From: a virus
Virus record (IMG/VR): IMGVR_UViG_3300032242_001280
Length of the DNA stretch: 64,000 nucleotides
Strand: one strand, 5' to 3'
The notes under the pieces were generated by a model. That model did no database searches. It was not told the origin of the DNA and saw only the letters and a program-made list of their open reading frames with translations. This document shows, piece by piece, positions 12,301 through 21,729 of the stretch (position 1 is the first letter of the stretch; every line of letters starts with the position of its first letter). A program made the position numbers and the translations under genes.

Positions 12301-15300
12301 ATAAGTTATGGCAGATATCTAATAAACCAAGGGTTTATCTTTAATGATTTGCTTGCAGATAACCAAACTGTAAGTGATTGGACGCTAGCTGCTAAAGAAT
12401 TTTTATTTTGGGATCAACAAAATTGGGGTAACAATACTGTTATTGGATTAACTCCAACTGGAACTTCTGTAAATTATAGCAATGTATTTGGTGTAGTAGA
12501 TAAGATCACAAACGACCAATCATATACTAAAGTAATCGACAGTGATGGTACTACATTAACTGGCAGAGATTATCGTGTTTATAGAGATGATAATAACTTT
12601 AGCATTTCACTAAAGAATCCGCAAAAAGGTATTCATCTATTAGATATTTTTATAGTTCAGTATGAGCATTGTTTAGTTTTTGACAACTCAACAGTGTTTA
12701 ATGACATTTTATATGATGAACAAGTTGGAAGTCGTCAATTTAGATTGCGCCTAGATGGTGTCAAAACTCAAGGATGGAATGGAAGTCTATACGCGCCAGG
12801 ATTCCTAGTAAATTACAGCGATGTTGCTAATTGGACATCGTATACTGATTACTATACTGGAGATATTGTTTTATTTAAAAATCAATACTATGCCGCTAGA
12901 AATTTCATTCCCGGAGCAGTTAAATTTAATTCAACTGATTGGTATAAAATTTCTGGAGATTTGTTGAAAAAACAATTGATTCCAAATATGACATCCAATG
13001 CTGCTCAATTTACTAATTTTTATGATCCTGACACTGCCGATCTTAATACTAGTGCAGATATTCAAAGTAAACACGCCACTGGTTTCCAAGATAGACAATA
13101 CTTTACTAATTTAGGTCTTGACCGTACAAGCCAGTATAAGTTTTACTTAGGAATGATTACTCAAAAAGGAACACAAGCTGTTCTAAATGCTTTCTTGAGA
13201 AATCAACAAAAGAACATTGACAGTGAAATTGCTGTCTCTGAACAGTGGGCTATTAAACTTGGCAACTATGGTGGTACAAACAATGTTGATAAATTAGACT
13301 TCAATATTGGCAATAGCAAAGCTATTAATAACCAATATCTATTTGAATTTATCGATCAATATGATACTGCAAACAATGAACTAAACAGTATTAAACCAAG
13401 TGATTTATTTCTTGCTCCACGAACATATAATGCTAATATATTTGCACAAACTGAATATCAAAAGCCAATAGTATCAACTGCAGGACCAGTTAATATTACT
13501 GATGCTACTGCAAGTGTGTATGATATAAACAAGATTTATAATATCAGTAATTTAAGCAATATATTAGGCGAGTCAAGCAAAATATGGATAGCAGCAGACA
13601 GTGAAAATAAATGGGGCGTATATCGTTTAACACAAACAAGTAGAGTTAATGTTACTGGAGTAAACCAGACTGGTTCTACTGAAATAACTTTTTCAACTGA
13701 TATACCACATGGACTGAATACTTTTGATTATGTAATGATCAAAGGAGCAAAAATAGTTGCTTCTACTGGCACATCTGGTGTTATTGATTTAAGTGGGTTT
13801 TATAGAGTTAGCAACATTCCAAATGCAGTATCATTTTCAGTAAAGATTGTTAACAATACTACTATTAGCAGCGGAAAACTATCTGCGCCAATGTTTAAAT
13901 TGATAAATGTGCGATTTGGCACAGTAAACGATTTTGCTAATTTTACTCCAACTCGTGGTTGGCAAGACAGTGAAGTTGTTTATATTGATAATGGTCCAAG
14001 TGGATATCAAGTATTACAAAACACTGACAGTTGGAAATTTACAGAAACACGAAGCCCTGTCTTTACAAAACCTAGCGATTTGTATGGTTCAAGTATTAAA
14101 GTAAACTTTACTCAAAGTTTTGCCGCAGTTGGTGCTGCTGGAAAAAATACTACTGGTCAAGTATTCATTTACGGAAAAAATCAAGAAAATGTATGGCAAG
14201 AATTAGGAATATTAACTCCTGAAGCTAGAAGCTCTGGGTTTGGCAGTGCAGTTGATGTAAACAATAATAATATTGTAGTGGCATCCGCTCCATCATCCAA
14301 CAAAGGCAGCGTGTATACGGCAATTGCAAACAGTCAAGCTATTAGCGTAAACCAAATTATACATTATGACAACATTTATATTACTACTAGTACTCCTGTT
14401 ACTCCTTATGGAAACAGTGCAATATTAGTAGATAGCAGTTATGGTCTCGCTAACTTTGCAGCAGGAATGAGAGTCGTTGGTGCAAACATTGCAAGCGGAA
14501 CAGTTATCAGTAATCTTACAACGGGTTTTCCATACAATGTTATTGGAATTAGTTCAAACTTAGCAGTCACTAGCAGCACAATTGCTGGCGGCGCAAATAT
14601 TGCCATATATCCAACACTTAATGCAAATAGTGCGCTTGGAACAAGTCTATGTGCTAGTACAGATGGCAATTGGTTGTTTGTTGGCGAACCAACTCTTCAA
14701 CGAGTATTTGTTTACAAATACCAAATTGTAAATCCAAGCAATTCAAACAGAGTAGGCGATGGATATACAACTATATTTTCATATCCACCAACTGCTTATA
14801 GAATGAATCTTGGTCCACTTGATATTAAAGTATATGTTAGTGGAAAACAATTAGTGCCATATCTAGATTACATCAGAAACCCAGATGGAACAGATAGTAT
14901 CGCATTTAATACCGCACCAGCAAATGGCGCAGCTATTAGTATAGTATATGAAAATTATTTCCAAGAAGTTAATCAAATTGTTACCGATGACCCAACCGTT
15001 TCTGGGTTTGGTTCAAGCGTTTCTTGTAGCTATGATGGTCGTGAAGTTGTTATTGGTGCTCCATACAGCAACAGTGCCTTTGATATAACTTATAAAAATT
15101 CAGGAAAAGCATTTGTTTATGAAAGAACTGTAGAAAATTTTATATCAGATGGTATATCTTCTACTTTTAATTTAAGCAATGCTTTTGTTGGAAGTGATAC
15201 TATTACTACGGCAAATCTTGTAACATACCCTACGGTGACTGTAGATGGTGTTGCTACAGCAGCAACATTTAGTTATGCTAATAATTCCGTAACTTTATCC

Positions 15301-18300
15301 AGTGTACCAAGTCCCGACAGTATAGTTGCAGTATCAACAAATCAATTTATTATTACAAAAATTGCTACTTCTGATTCTGGTCAAGTTGGTAGTAACTTTG
15401 GTCAAGTTGTGCAAATGTCTAGAGATTCGCAAACTCTTTATGTAAGTGCTCCGGGTTGGAATTATACAAGTTATCAAAATGGTGCAGTGTTTGCCTTTGT
15501 CAACATGCCTAAACGATGTGGTATAGCCACTGGAACTAATACAAATGTTAATATGGCTGCAAATTTGCAGTTGCGAATCAATGATTTCTTAGTTACATTT
15601 ACTGGCGGCAATGCGGCTCAGTGTGTAAAAGATATTAATAATGCAAATGTTATTGGCGTAACTGCTAGTTTAACTCCTACTTCTACTGTGCAAATAGTAA
15701 GCAATGATCAAGTAGCGGTGAATAAACTTAGACTTCGTAATGAATATGGTGATCCACTAACTGCCATGGGTATAGTTTCTTGGCAGTTAACACAGAAGTT
15801 GTTTAGTCCAATAATTCAAGACTCAGAGCGTTTTGGTGAAAAGTTAAGTCTCAGTCCAGATTCTAAAACAGTCGTTGTTGGTACTACCTTAAGCAATAAC
15901 AAGATTACAACAACTTTTGATGCAAGCAAGACTACATTTGATATTAATACTATTAGAATCATTGACACGGTTCACACAAGTGGTTCTGCACATATATTTG
16001 AGTATATTGCTGGTAAATCAAATAAAATTGCAGATATGGGAAGTTTAGTTTATGCTAAGCTGTTAACTCAACCAAATATTTCAAGTCTTGATAAATTTTC
16101 AACTGGCGTTGATGTCAGTGACAATTTTATCTTTGTTGGTTCTCCAAACTCTAAAATTCTAGGAAATCAAACAGGCGCAATGTACATATATTACAACGCA
16201 AATTCTGCTCCTGTTTGGAATACTATTAGAGAACCAAGTACTGCTACTGATAGCAGAATGATAGACAGAGTTTACATATACAATTCAGCAACTAGTAAAT
16301 TGATTGCAGATTTGCCAGTGTTAGATATTCTTCATAACCGCCTTCCTATCTCGGCAGAATCTTATATTGATTATACTATAAATTATGATCCTGCAGTATA
16401 CAGCAATGTTCCTAGCACAGTAAGCTTTAGTGTTGATAAGAAAAATAACTGGGGCGAAGAACAAGTTGGCAAGCTGTGGTGGGACACTAATAGTATAAAA
16501 TATTTTGATAATTCACATGGATCAAATCTTGAAAAATTTAATAGATGGGGACAAGCATTTCCAGTAAGTTCAGTAGCGATTTATGAATGGATTGAAAGTT
16601 CGCTATTACCAAAAGATTGGGCTGCGGCATATCCATTAAATCCACCGCTGTATACTGTTAATGATGTTTATAGCACAAAAACTGTTGTTGACCATTCAAC
16701 TGGATTAGTTACAACAAAGTATTATTTTTGGGTTCGTAATAGCACACGAGTTGACTCAAATAATGTCAGACCAAGTGCTTTTGAAATTCAAACTGCAATT
16801 TCACAACCTAAACTATCTGCCGAGCCATTTGCTGCAGTAATTTCTAGTAATTCAATTGCGCTGTATAATATTACTAATTTAATAAATGTAGATACTAACT
16901 TGGTAATTGAATACAAAAACACTATTAAACCACAGCTTATTCACAATGAATGGACAATGTTTGATGATGGCACCGATCTTGGTATTGCGCCAGAGTTTAT
17001 CAATAAGATAAATGATAGCCTATCTGGTCAGGATTATAGTGGCAGAGTTATACCAGACCCTACATTGAGTATTGGTCAAAAATATGGCATGGATATTCGT
17101 CCACGCCAATCATTGTTTAGTGATCAATATACTGCCAGAAAACTTTATATTGAAAAATTAAATGAAATTTGCATGAAATATCCAATGGTATTGACTAGAA
17201 AAAGTGCAGTACAAGCATTAAATGTTGGCGAAGCACTGCCGTTGCATTATACATATGTTACTTCTGTTGCAAATTTAACTGAACTTGGTTATCTAGATAC
17301 AAATATATACAATGCAGGTGACTTAGTATTAGTTGTAAATGACAGCAATGCAAAGAATGGATGGTCTTTATATAAATTAAATGTAGAATTTCCAAATACT
17401 AGAACTTGGTCAATTTACCAAGTTCAAACTTACAATGTAAACGATTATTGGTCATATGCTGACTGGTATAGTGACAAATATAATCCTGAGTTTAATATAA
17501 CTTATACTATAGATACTGAAAATCAAATTGGATCGTTAAATTTAAATGTAAACGATTTAATTTATATTAAAAATAGTAATACAACTGGTTGGAAAATAGT
17601 TTTAGTTAATATTAATGGATTAGAATTAATTGGACAAGAAAATGCTACTATTCAATTTAGTTCAACACTCTATGACCAAATATCAAGTGGTCAAGGTTTC
17701 CAAACTAGTAGTCTTGAAACTGTTGGATTTGCAAGCGATTCTAATTTAGAATTTTCTGTAATATTTGGTATAGTTCGTGACCTATTGCTTGTTAACGAGT
17801 ATAGAGTTGATTGGAAGAGTATATTGCGATTGTTGATCGATACTATTGCAACTCAACATTTACAAACTGATTGGCTAATGAAAACAAGTTTTGTTGACAT
17901 ATATCATCGTGTTCGTGGACTTGATCCATTGCCAGTGTATCTGCCACAACCAGAATCTATTGTAACTGATTTCTTTAACGAAGTAAAACCATTTCATACT
18001 AAGTTAAAACAATATGTTGCCAAATATGATAATAATAATAATATTGATTATGCATATTCCAGCTTGACAGATTTTGATTTGCAACCATATTATAACACTG
18101 CAATAAGCAAGTATCGTAGTCCTCAACTAAACAATAGTTTAGATACTAAAATACTTAATACACAATCGCTGTATCAACCTTGGAAGAACCACCACACATA
18201 TCAAATTTTGAGAATAGATGTTTCTGCAAATGGCACTGGATATACTGGTTCAACTACTGTAGTAATTGAAGGCGATGGCACTGGTGCTACGGCAAAAGCG

Positions 18301-21039
18301 TATATTTTAAATACAGGTGTTCATACTATTGAAGTTACTAATCCAGGAACTGGCTATACGCATGCGGTAGCTAAAATTTATGGTCGTGGTTCGGGTGCCG
18401 CTGCTTCAGTAATATTGGGTAATAGTCCTGTTCGTCTGCTTAATACTAATATTAAGTTTGATAGATATACATATTTTAACAATATATCTGATTGGAAATC
18501 AAATAAACTTTACACTGTTGATACGGTTGTTGTTAATGGCGCAGAACCATATAGAGTAATTACTGCTCATACGAGCGGAACAACTTTTGACTTTACGAAG
18601 TTTGCGCTATTAAGAGTAAAAGTATGGTACCCATATACCGAATATGCCGTTAACGATATAGTAATCTATCAAAATACTAGCTATAAAGCAATTAATACAT
18701 TTACAAGTATTGAATTGTTTGATACTAATAACTTGGTTAGTTATAATGGGTTATGGTTAGACAATGCTGCTGATCGCATTTGGGCATATTATTCTCCTAT
18801 GTCTGGTATGGCAGGTCGCGATCTTGCTCAGATAATGATTGGTATGGAATATGGTGGCGTAAATGTTAAAGGACCAAACTTTGATCAAACCCCAGGATAT
18901 GATGTTAATAACTTTGATAGTATAGAATATGATTTAAGAACACAAGATGCTGGCGGCGTGTTTGATGATTATGGTGCACAAGCTGAAGATACCTATATCC
19001 AAAGCGCATTTACTGACACTGGGCTTGGCTTGCGTCCATCAGATATTATTGTTTTAGGTGGCGAGTTTGTTGACAAATACTCAAGCAATGCACCAGAGGA
19101 ATTAATTCCTGGAATAATTAACGATACCCTTGATATCAAGATTAAAACATTGCCTGTTAATTCTGGCAGTGGTGACATAATGATATTCACCAACCAATAT
19201 AGTGTTACCAATAGTTTTAGTTTTGATCCAGCAATTACAGGCGTTGCTTGGCCAATCGGCGGAATTGAAAAATTCTTTATCATTGATAGAATAGCAGGAC
19301 CAATTGCCGAAGGCGTAGATTATACTGTTAATTGGCAAAATAAAACTATTAATTTAAATTACAATGTTAATACTACTACATTTTTCTATTGTATAATGAT
19401 GGGAAGTAATGGAACAAATCCGCTATTTGACCAAGATTATACTGCAGATGGTATTCAAACAGATTTTGTAATTCCAGATAGTATTCTAAACACAGTTCAA
19501 CAAGCATATGTCAAGGTAAATGGAAGCGCAGTTAGTAACTGGGTACTAGTCAATAAGTTATTAAATGGAATTAATACATTAGCTGTTAGATTTGATACCG
19601 CTCCTGTGGCTGGCTCATATATTCAAGTTCACCTGTACTCAGTTGCTGTTGGAACTCGTGCCTATACAGAAATTACTGAACAAACATTTATAACTAGCGC
19701 AACACCTAATTATCCAGCAGATTATACATATGTGTTTAGCAATCCTGAAGAATATCAAGAACCACTAAGTGCGTATTCAATCGTAAGACTTAATGCGTCA
19801 GATTTGATTCCTCCACAGCAAAGTTATTATGTTGGTGATGCGGTGACAACTGCATTTAGCTTAACACGAACATATATTCCAGACACATATGTCGGCGCTA
19901 CTATTGAAATTGAGTTAGCAAACTATGTAGCAACTATATCACCAACAGCAATTTTAGTAATCATAGATGGTGTTGTTCAAAGATACAATATTGATTATAC
20001 TATTAGTGCAGATGGAATAAACATGCCAATAGTAGTATTCACTGCTGCGCCAGCATTGAATAGTAAAATTACTATCAGCGATTCAAGTAATAGTGATTAT
20101 ACAATTTATGGTGGAAACAATCTTATCTTAAATCAAAATATAGTGTTAAACCCAAACAGTGTAATAACTGTTCTTACTAGAGGAAATCATGATCCTAGTC
20201 AAGTGTATACTAAGATTTTCAGTGGCAACGCAAGTAATTCAATTGTTGATATTGATTTAGGTTATGATGGTATTGGATTTGATGATAGTGGATTTGATAA
20301 TGAGTTAAGCACAAATGTTTCAAACGCCATTTATACATTGCCGTTTGCTGTAACAAACATTAATCAAGTATATGTTACTCTTAAATCGCCAGGCACAACT
20401 GGCGGACGACCATTGCTGCCATATTATGATTACAATCTTGTTTCTCCAACTAAGTTGGCGATGAGCAACAGTTTAGGATTATATACTAATAGTACTGTTA
20501 TTGTTAGAATTTATGGCAGTACTATTCGCGAAACGACAGTTGAGTTTAGAATATTCAAAGATATTAATAACAATACAAGATACTATGCTGTAAGACCAAG
20601 CCGTGTAACTCGTTTAAGCAAAGTGTTAAATCCTACTGATGAGTGGGTATATGTTGAAAGTGTAGCCAACTTGCAAAGTCCCAACCCAAAAACTAACATT
20701 GCTGGCGCAATTTTAGTCAATGGTGAAAGAATTACATATGGCACAGTTGATACGGTAAACAATCGTTTAGGAAATATTCGCAGAGGAACAGCAGGAACTG
20801 GCGCAAGTATCCATGAAGTAGGAAGCCAAGTTGACGATGTTGGTTCAACGCTTATCATACCAAACAGCAGTGATAAAGTTATTACTGTAGATCATGACAC
20901 TTATATAACTAATAGTGCTGGAACAAATGTGCTAGTACCTGCAAATGGAACTCTTATGCAAGGAAAAATGTTTATCAATCCTAGCGAAAGTTTACAGACT
21001 AGCTTAACTCAACAAGCAAAGTTTATAAGAGAACCTTAA
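6304..21039 (+). CDS. Giant virion structural/baseplate protein (4,911 aa) with beta-propeller-like and carbohydrate-binding-like modules
   Basis: Uninterrupted 14.7-kb ORF after gp6; starts RRSIDFLPSVF; FGxSV...VIGAP propeller-type repeats, W...Y..GDIV.Y CBM5/12-like motifs, GTGY repeats and FDxxxFD motifs. Confidence 0.75.
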   Translation: MAKRRSIDFLPSVFRTKTNQRFLNATVDQLIQEPSLKKIYGYIGQQDQSSVFRPSDYYINENDSYSQFYQLEPGVVIKKRQKNSNTFTIDNIYNYPDLLNQLVSSGAITNDHQRLFSNRYYSYNGFVDLDKLTNYRQYYWVPTGPLPVDVTASGISLIKEFNVHRISYTANNQTELQSASIGQSGYVIDGYENIVNPTITLQRGGRYTFNLGQKGHKFYIQSEIGTSGVSVVQANINTRDVLGVSNNGSESGTLIFNVPLKTAQDSLISLDTIQNIDMIAHVPYNAMQGQNYDTFIQNYNLDGVKAFSTITLSIDWPFNDGDWLDVPVNQRSGIWQVTIDNNKFLPDGVTNNPNYRNMSLVYLNDWAENTKTFVNQGDKYGHTYVYRNSNGVITQFPTITAPLSTLYYQDADNPLIYGEIRLVDPIPGTFLNINDIIGHDQYTSPNGIKFSSGLKVKFTGVTFPTEYQNNEYIVEGVGTSIKLLKYNELVTPEIINQNVGDVFGSDTIGFDDSNFDGTINAPTQKDYVTINRSSADGNSWSRNNRWFHREVLQYAADKSNQIWNFDAAQQAQRPIVEFIPNLKLFDYGTNYAGAVTVFDSNTTDAFFQIEGQNNYALIKNGKYVSDNRLLQNGQTVIFLNDVDPNVRKTIYQVQSIRPRSSATYNLPTIATSHAGTNTIFLADVGNIKVNQKVTSSLIQQTQPAFTTTASQTSFFCNLISNLGDFDAYYFNVYLNNVLQTNNVDYSVTYQQSVYYTGSSLVTSTVNTINSNNNINLPTIATTYATVVSGSNIISINSGSGIVNGQAISGTGIPVGTTVISGGGTSSLTLSNTCTQSLTSVTVTTYANIQSGQVIVDNGGIFQNGTTVISGGGTQTLQLSKVATATASGVAINVYQASSSYYNPTINFLNKVINSYSFVSTAGQTAYGLVNTSISATTNYRYDVYVNGTLKTITSDYTVSADVNGHPIINLNSAPITGSAVVINNVVTGPATGTTVLVEYIPLSTPILPNTTVTSIDSVNNIVYISTAINSDIAAGLYLTFDNSSDQIHLVPVKQVSDGDNVIAMEGEINQGNVYFYDSGVWNLAQLRNSRPQFPLFDVIDINGFSLSDTTVYPSSNFRGSKLFGYAIGNLTSITDTVLGFPLVRQSVGNIGDIVFENYYITDTFNYNLNFKDNITNVSTGFVARINYWKNYFFENGWTVVSDKSKQYITKIFTANEAKKNNFDLELVYKHSYYENNIFVYVNGIVVPSTAYTVQINNITTTIKFNTDLAAGDRLFVKINGVSNIFKQNYTMPKNITNNSENLNFNTITLGQIRNHLIEIGNNCLNLNGEPAGSNNFRDINYSNIGGKLLQHSSSLRQASLLLANPDVDPVRAITYSENNYQNFKNQLIDLINNKEFPDPKDARGSLDLILSDFIKLTNTNSTFYYTDMLATGSQYITNSYTIQDTTYRSFNLTNTYANKKSSYNAVLVYLTNKLYGTRQLLVNGVDYTINNFTVTISSTVSISRLDTISIYEYASTLGCNVPATPSKLGLYPKFVPQKILDDTYYTPQHMIIGHDGSYNLAWNDYRDDILLEYEKRVFNNIAVDYQNNSDYSLVSVVPGAFRVTDYSIVEWTQLLSGSYLSWSGQNNVDIFTNNNNTNSLFGFNYSKATDKLFGQTLPGYWRGIYNYFYDTDKPHTNPWEMLGFTEKPKWWDNRYGVAPYTSQNITLWGDLELGLIYNGAPNKSYIDSKYTRTGLNQIIPVDEHGNLLPPLKSLIAEYDSRTANDNWRVGDQSPAETAWRRSSSYPFAMQIAWFLAKPAEYCALNYNSRDVVYNELLGQIINQKTNTRIFDYGITSASEFVPGFNVWVRDLLTSNNLDVTYNWLDIAMNSSFNLVYKMSGYTDKSYLTVVADQVSPASTNNSVLIPPENYKIKVTKSAPIGRAIYSAVIVQKTSTGYQISGFDKIRPYFLTIPSKASGNSYGLTVGQLTGIIYKDAQDTVTSFPYGTIFSTHQQVVDFLISYGRYLINQGFIFNDLLADNQTVSDWTLAAKEFLFWDQQNWGNNTVIGLTPTGTSVNYSNVFGVVDKITNDQSYTKVIDSDGTTLTGRDYRVYRDDNNFSISLKNPQKGIHLLDIFIVQYEHCLVFDNSTVFNDILYDEQVGSRQFRLRLDGVKTQGWNGSLYAPGFLVNYSDVANWTSYTDYYTGDIVLFKNQYYAARNFIPGAVKFNSTDWYKISGDLLKKQLIPNMTSNAAQFTNFYDPDTADLNTSADIQSKHATGFQDRQYFTNLGLDRTSQYKFYLGMITQKGTQAVLNAFLRNQQKNIDSEIAVSEQWAIKLGNYGGTNNVDKLDFNIGNSKAINNQYLFEFIDQYDTANNELNSIKPSDLFLAPRTYNANIFAQTEYQKPIVSTAGPVNITDATASVYDINKIYNISNLSNILGESSKIWIAADSENKWGVYRLTQTSRVNVTGVNQTGSTEITFSTDIPHGLNTFDYVMIKGAKIVASTGTSGVIDLSGFYRVSNIPNAVSFSVKIVNNTTISSGKLSAPMFKLINVRFGTVNDFANFTPTRGWQDSEVVYIDNGPSGYQVLQNTDSWKFTETRSPVFTKPSDLYGSSIKVNFTQSFAAVGAAGKNTTGQVFIYGKNQENVWQELGILTPEARSSGFGSAVDVNNNNIVVASAPSSNKGSVYTAIANSQAISVNQIIHYDNIYITTSTPVTPYGNSAILVDSSYGLANFAAGMRVVGANIASGTVISNLTTGFPYNVIGISSNLAVTSSTIAGGANIAIYPTLNANSALGTSLCASTDGNWLFVGEPTLQRVFVYKYQIVNPSNSNRVGDGYTTIFSYPPTAYRMNLGPLDIKVYVSGKQLVPYLDYIRNPDGTDSIAFNTAPANGAAISIVYENYFQEVNQIVTDDPTVSGFGSSVSCSYDGREVVIGAPYSNSAFDITYKNSGKAFVYERTVENFISDGISSTFNLSNAFVGSDTITTANLVTYPTVTVDGVATAATFSYANNSVTLSSVPSPDSIVAVSTNQFIITKIATSDSGQVGSNFGQVVQMSRDSQTLYVSAPGWNYTSYQNGAVFAFVNMPKRCGIATGTNTNVNMAANLQLRINDFLVTFTGGNAAQCVKDINNANVIGVTASLTPTSTVQIVSNDQVAVNKLRLRNEYGDPLTAMGIVSWQLTQKLFSPIIQDSERFGEKLSLSPDSKTVVVGTTLSNNKITTTFDASKTTFDINTIRIIDTVHTSGSAHIFEYIAGKSNKIADMGSLVYAKLLTQPNISSLDKFSTGVDVSDNFIFVGSPNSKILGNQTGAMYIYYNANSAPVWNTIREPSTATDSRMIDRVYIYNSATSKLIADLPVLDILHNRLPISAESYIDYTINYDPAVYSNVPSTVSFSVDKKNNWGEEQVGKLWWDTNSIKYFDNSHGSNLEKFNRWGQAFPVSSVAIYEWIESSLLPKDWAAAYPLNPPLYTVNDVYSTKTVVDHSTGLVTTKYYFWVRNSTRVDSNNVRPSAFEIQTAISQPKLSAEPFAAVISSNSIALYNITNLINVDTNLVIEYKNTIKPQLIHNEWTMFDDGTDLGIAPEFINKINDSLSGQDYSGRVIPDPTLSIGQKYGMDIRPRQSLFSDQYTARKLYIEKLNEICMKYPMVLTRKSAVQALNVGEALPLHYTYVTSVANLTELGYLDTNIYNAGDLVLVVNDSNAKNGWSLYKLNVEFPNTRTWSIYQVQTYNVNDYWSYADWYSDKYNPEFNITYTIDTENQIGSLNLNVNDLIYIKNSNTTGWKIVLVNINGLELIGQENATIQFSSTLYDQISSGQGFQTSSLETVGFASDSNLEFSVIFGIVRDLLLVNEYRVDWKSILRLLIDTIATQHLQTDWLMKTSFVDIYHRVRGLDPLPVYLPQPESIVTDFFNEVKPFHTKLKQYVAKYDNNNNIDYAYSSLTDFDLQPYYNTAISKYRSPQLNNSLDTKILNTQSLYQPWKNHHTYQILRIDVSANGTGYTGSTTVVIEGDGTGATAKAYILNTGVHTIEVTNPGTGYTHAVAKIYGRGSGAAASVILGNSPVRLLNTNIKFDRYTYFNNISDWKSNKLYTVDTVVVNGAEPYRVITAHTSGTTFDFTKFALLRVKVWYPYTEYAVNDIVIYQNTSYKAINTFTSIELFDTNNLVSYNGLWLDNAADRIWAYYSPMSGMAGRDLAQIMIGMEYGGVNVKGPNFDQTPGYDVNNFDSIEYDLRTQDAGGVFDDYGAQAEDTYIQSAFTDTGLGLRPSDIIVLGGEFVDKYSSNAPEELIPGIINDTLDIKIKTLPVNSGSGDIMIFTNQYSVTNSFSFDPAITGVAWPIGGIEKFFIIDRIAGPIAEGVDYTVNWQNKTINLNYNVNTTTFFYCIMMGSNGTNPLFDQDYTADGIQTDFVIPDSILNTVQQAYVKVNGSAVSNWVLVNKLLNGINTLAVRFDTAPVAGSYIQVHLYSVAVGTRAYTEITEQTFITSATPNYPADYTYVFSNPEEYQEPLSAYSIVRLNASDLIPPQQSYYVGDAVTTAFSLTRTYIPDTYVGATIEIELANYVATISPTAILVIIDGVVQRYNIDYTISADGINMPIVVFTAAPALNSKITISDSSNSDYTIYGGNNLILNQNIVLNPNSVITVLTRGNHDPSQVYTKIFSGNASNSIVDIDLGYDGIGFDDSGFDNELSTNVSNAIYTLPFAVTNINQVYVTLKSPGTTGGRPLLPYYDYNLVSPTKLAMSNSLGLYTNSTVIVRIYGSTIRETTVEFRIFKDINNNTRYYAVRPSRVTRLSKVLNPTDEWVYVESVANLQSPNPKTNIAGAILVNGERITYGTVDTVNNRLGNIRRGTAGTGASIHEVGSQVDDVGSTLIIPNSSDKVITVDHDTYITNSAGTNVLVPANGTLMQGKMFINPSESLQTSLTQQAKFIREP

Positions 21040-21726
21040 ATGAATAATATACCAAAAGATAAACCAATAAATAATACCAATGAAACCGTCAGGGAAAAAC
21101 CAATGACTAAGCCAAACGAACAAACTGGTCTCTTGCTTCAGGGACATATTAAAATACATGATCCTACAACAGGTGAAGTTTTCATAAACAAGCGCAATGC
21201 AATTCACTATGAAAATTTTTCATTGGCACTTGCACAAAGTATTTCAGATGTTGGTCAAGGATTAATTGAAGGAATGGCGTTTGGTAATGGCGGAACTTCA
21301 GTAGACCCAACTGGCGTAATAACTTATCTTCCAACTAATACTAGTGGCAGTAACAGTAGTTTATATAATCAAACATTTTATAAAGTAGTTGATGGAAATA
21401 GTGCGTTTAATCTTGATCCTACACGCAATAATATTCAAATTCGTCATACAACTGGCACTGTTTATAGCGATATTTTCATCACTTGTACGCTAGATTATGG
21501 TGAGCCAAGCGGTCAACAAGCATTTGATAATACTACTAACTTTAATGATAGTTTTGTATTTGACGAGCTTGGATTAAAAGTTTCTAACGGCAGCGGAACT
21601 ACCAACACTGGAAATTTAATTACTCATGTTGTTTTCCATCCTATTCAAAAAAGTCTTAATCGCTTGATCCAAGTAGACTATACAGTTCGTGTTCAAACAC
21701 TTACTAACCTAACATCGCAGGTATAA
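21040..21726 (+). CDS. Conserved virion/baseplate protein
   Basis: 228 aa abutting the giant gene; GHIKI-D...NAIH...FGNGG...FDELGL...THVVFHPIQKS pattern typical of myovirus baseplate-region proteins. The start could be the later ATG (MTKPNEQ). Confidence 0.65.
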   Translation: MNNIPKDKPINNTNETVREKPMTKPNEQTGLLLQGHIKIHDPTTGEVFINKRNAIHYENFSLALAQSISDVGQGLIEGMAFGNGGTSVDPTGVITYLPTNTSGSNSSLYNQTFYKVVDGNSAFNLDPTRNNIQIRHTTGTVYSDIFITCTLDYGEPSGQQAFDNTTNFNDSFVFDELGLKVSNGSGTTNTGNLITHVVFHPIQKSLNRLIQVDYTVRVQTLTNLTSQV

Positions 21727-21729
21727 CCA

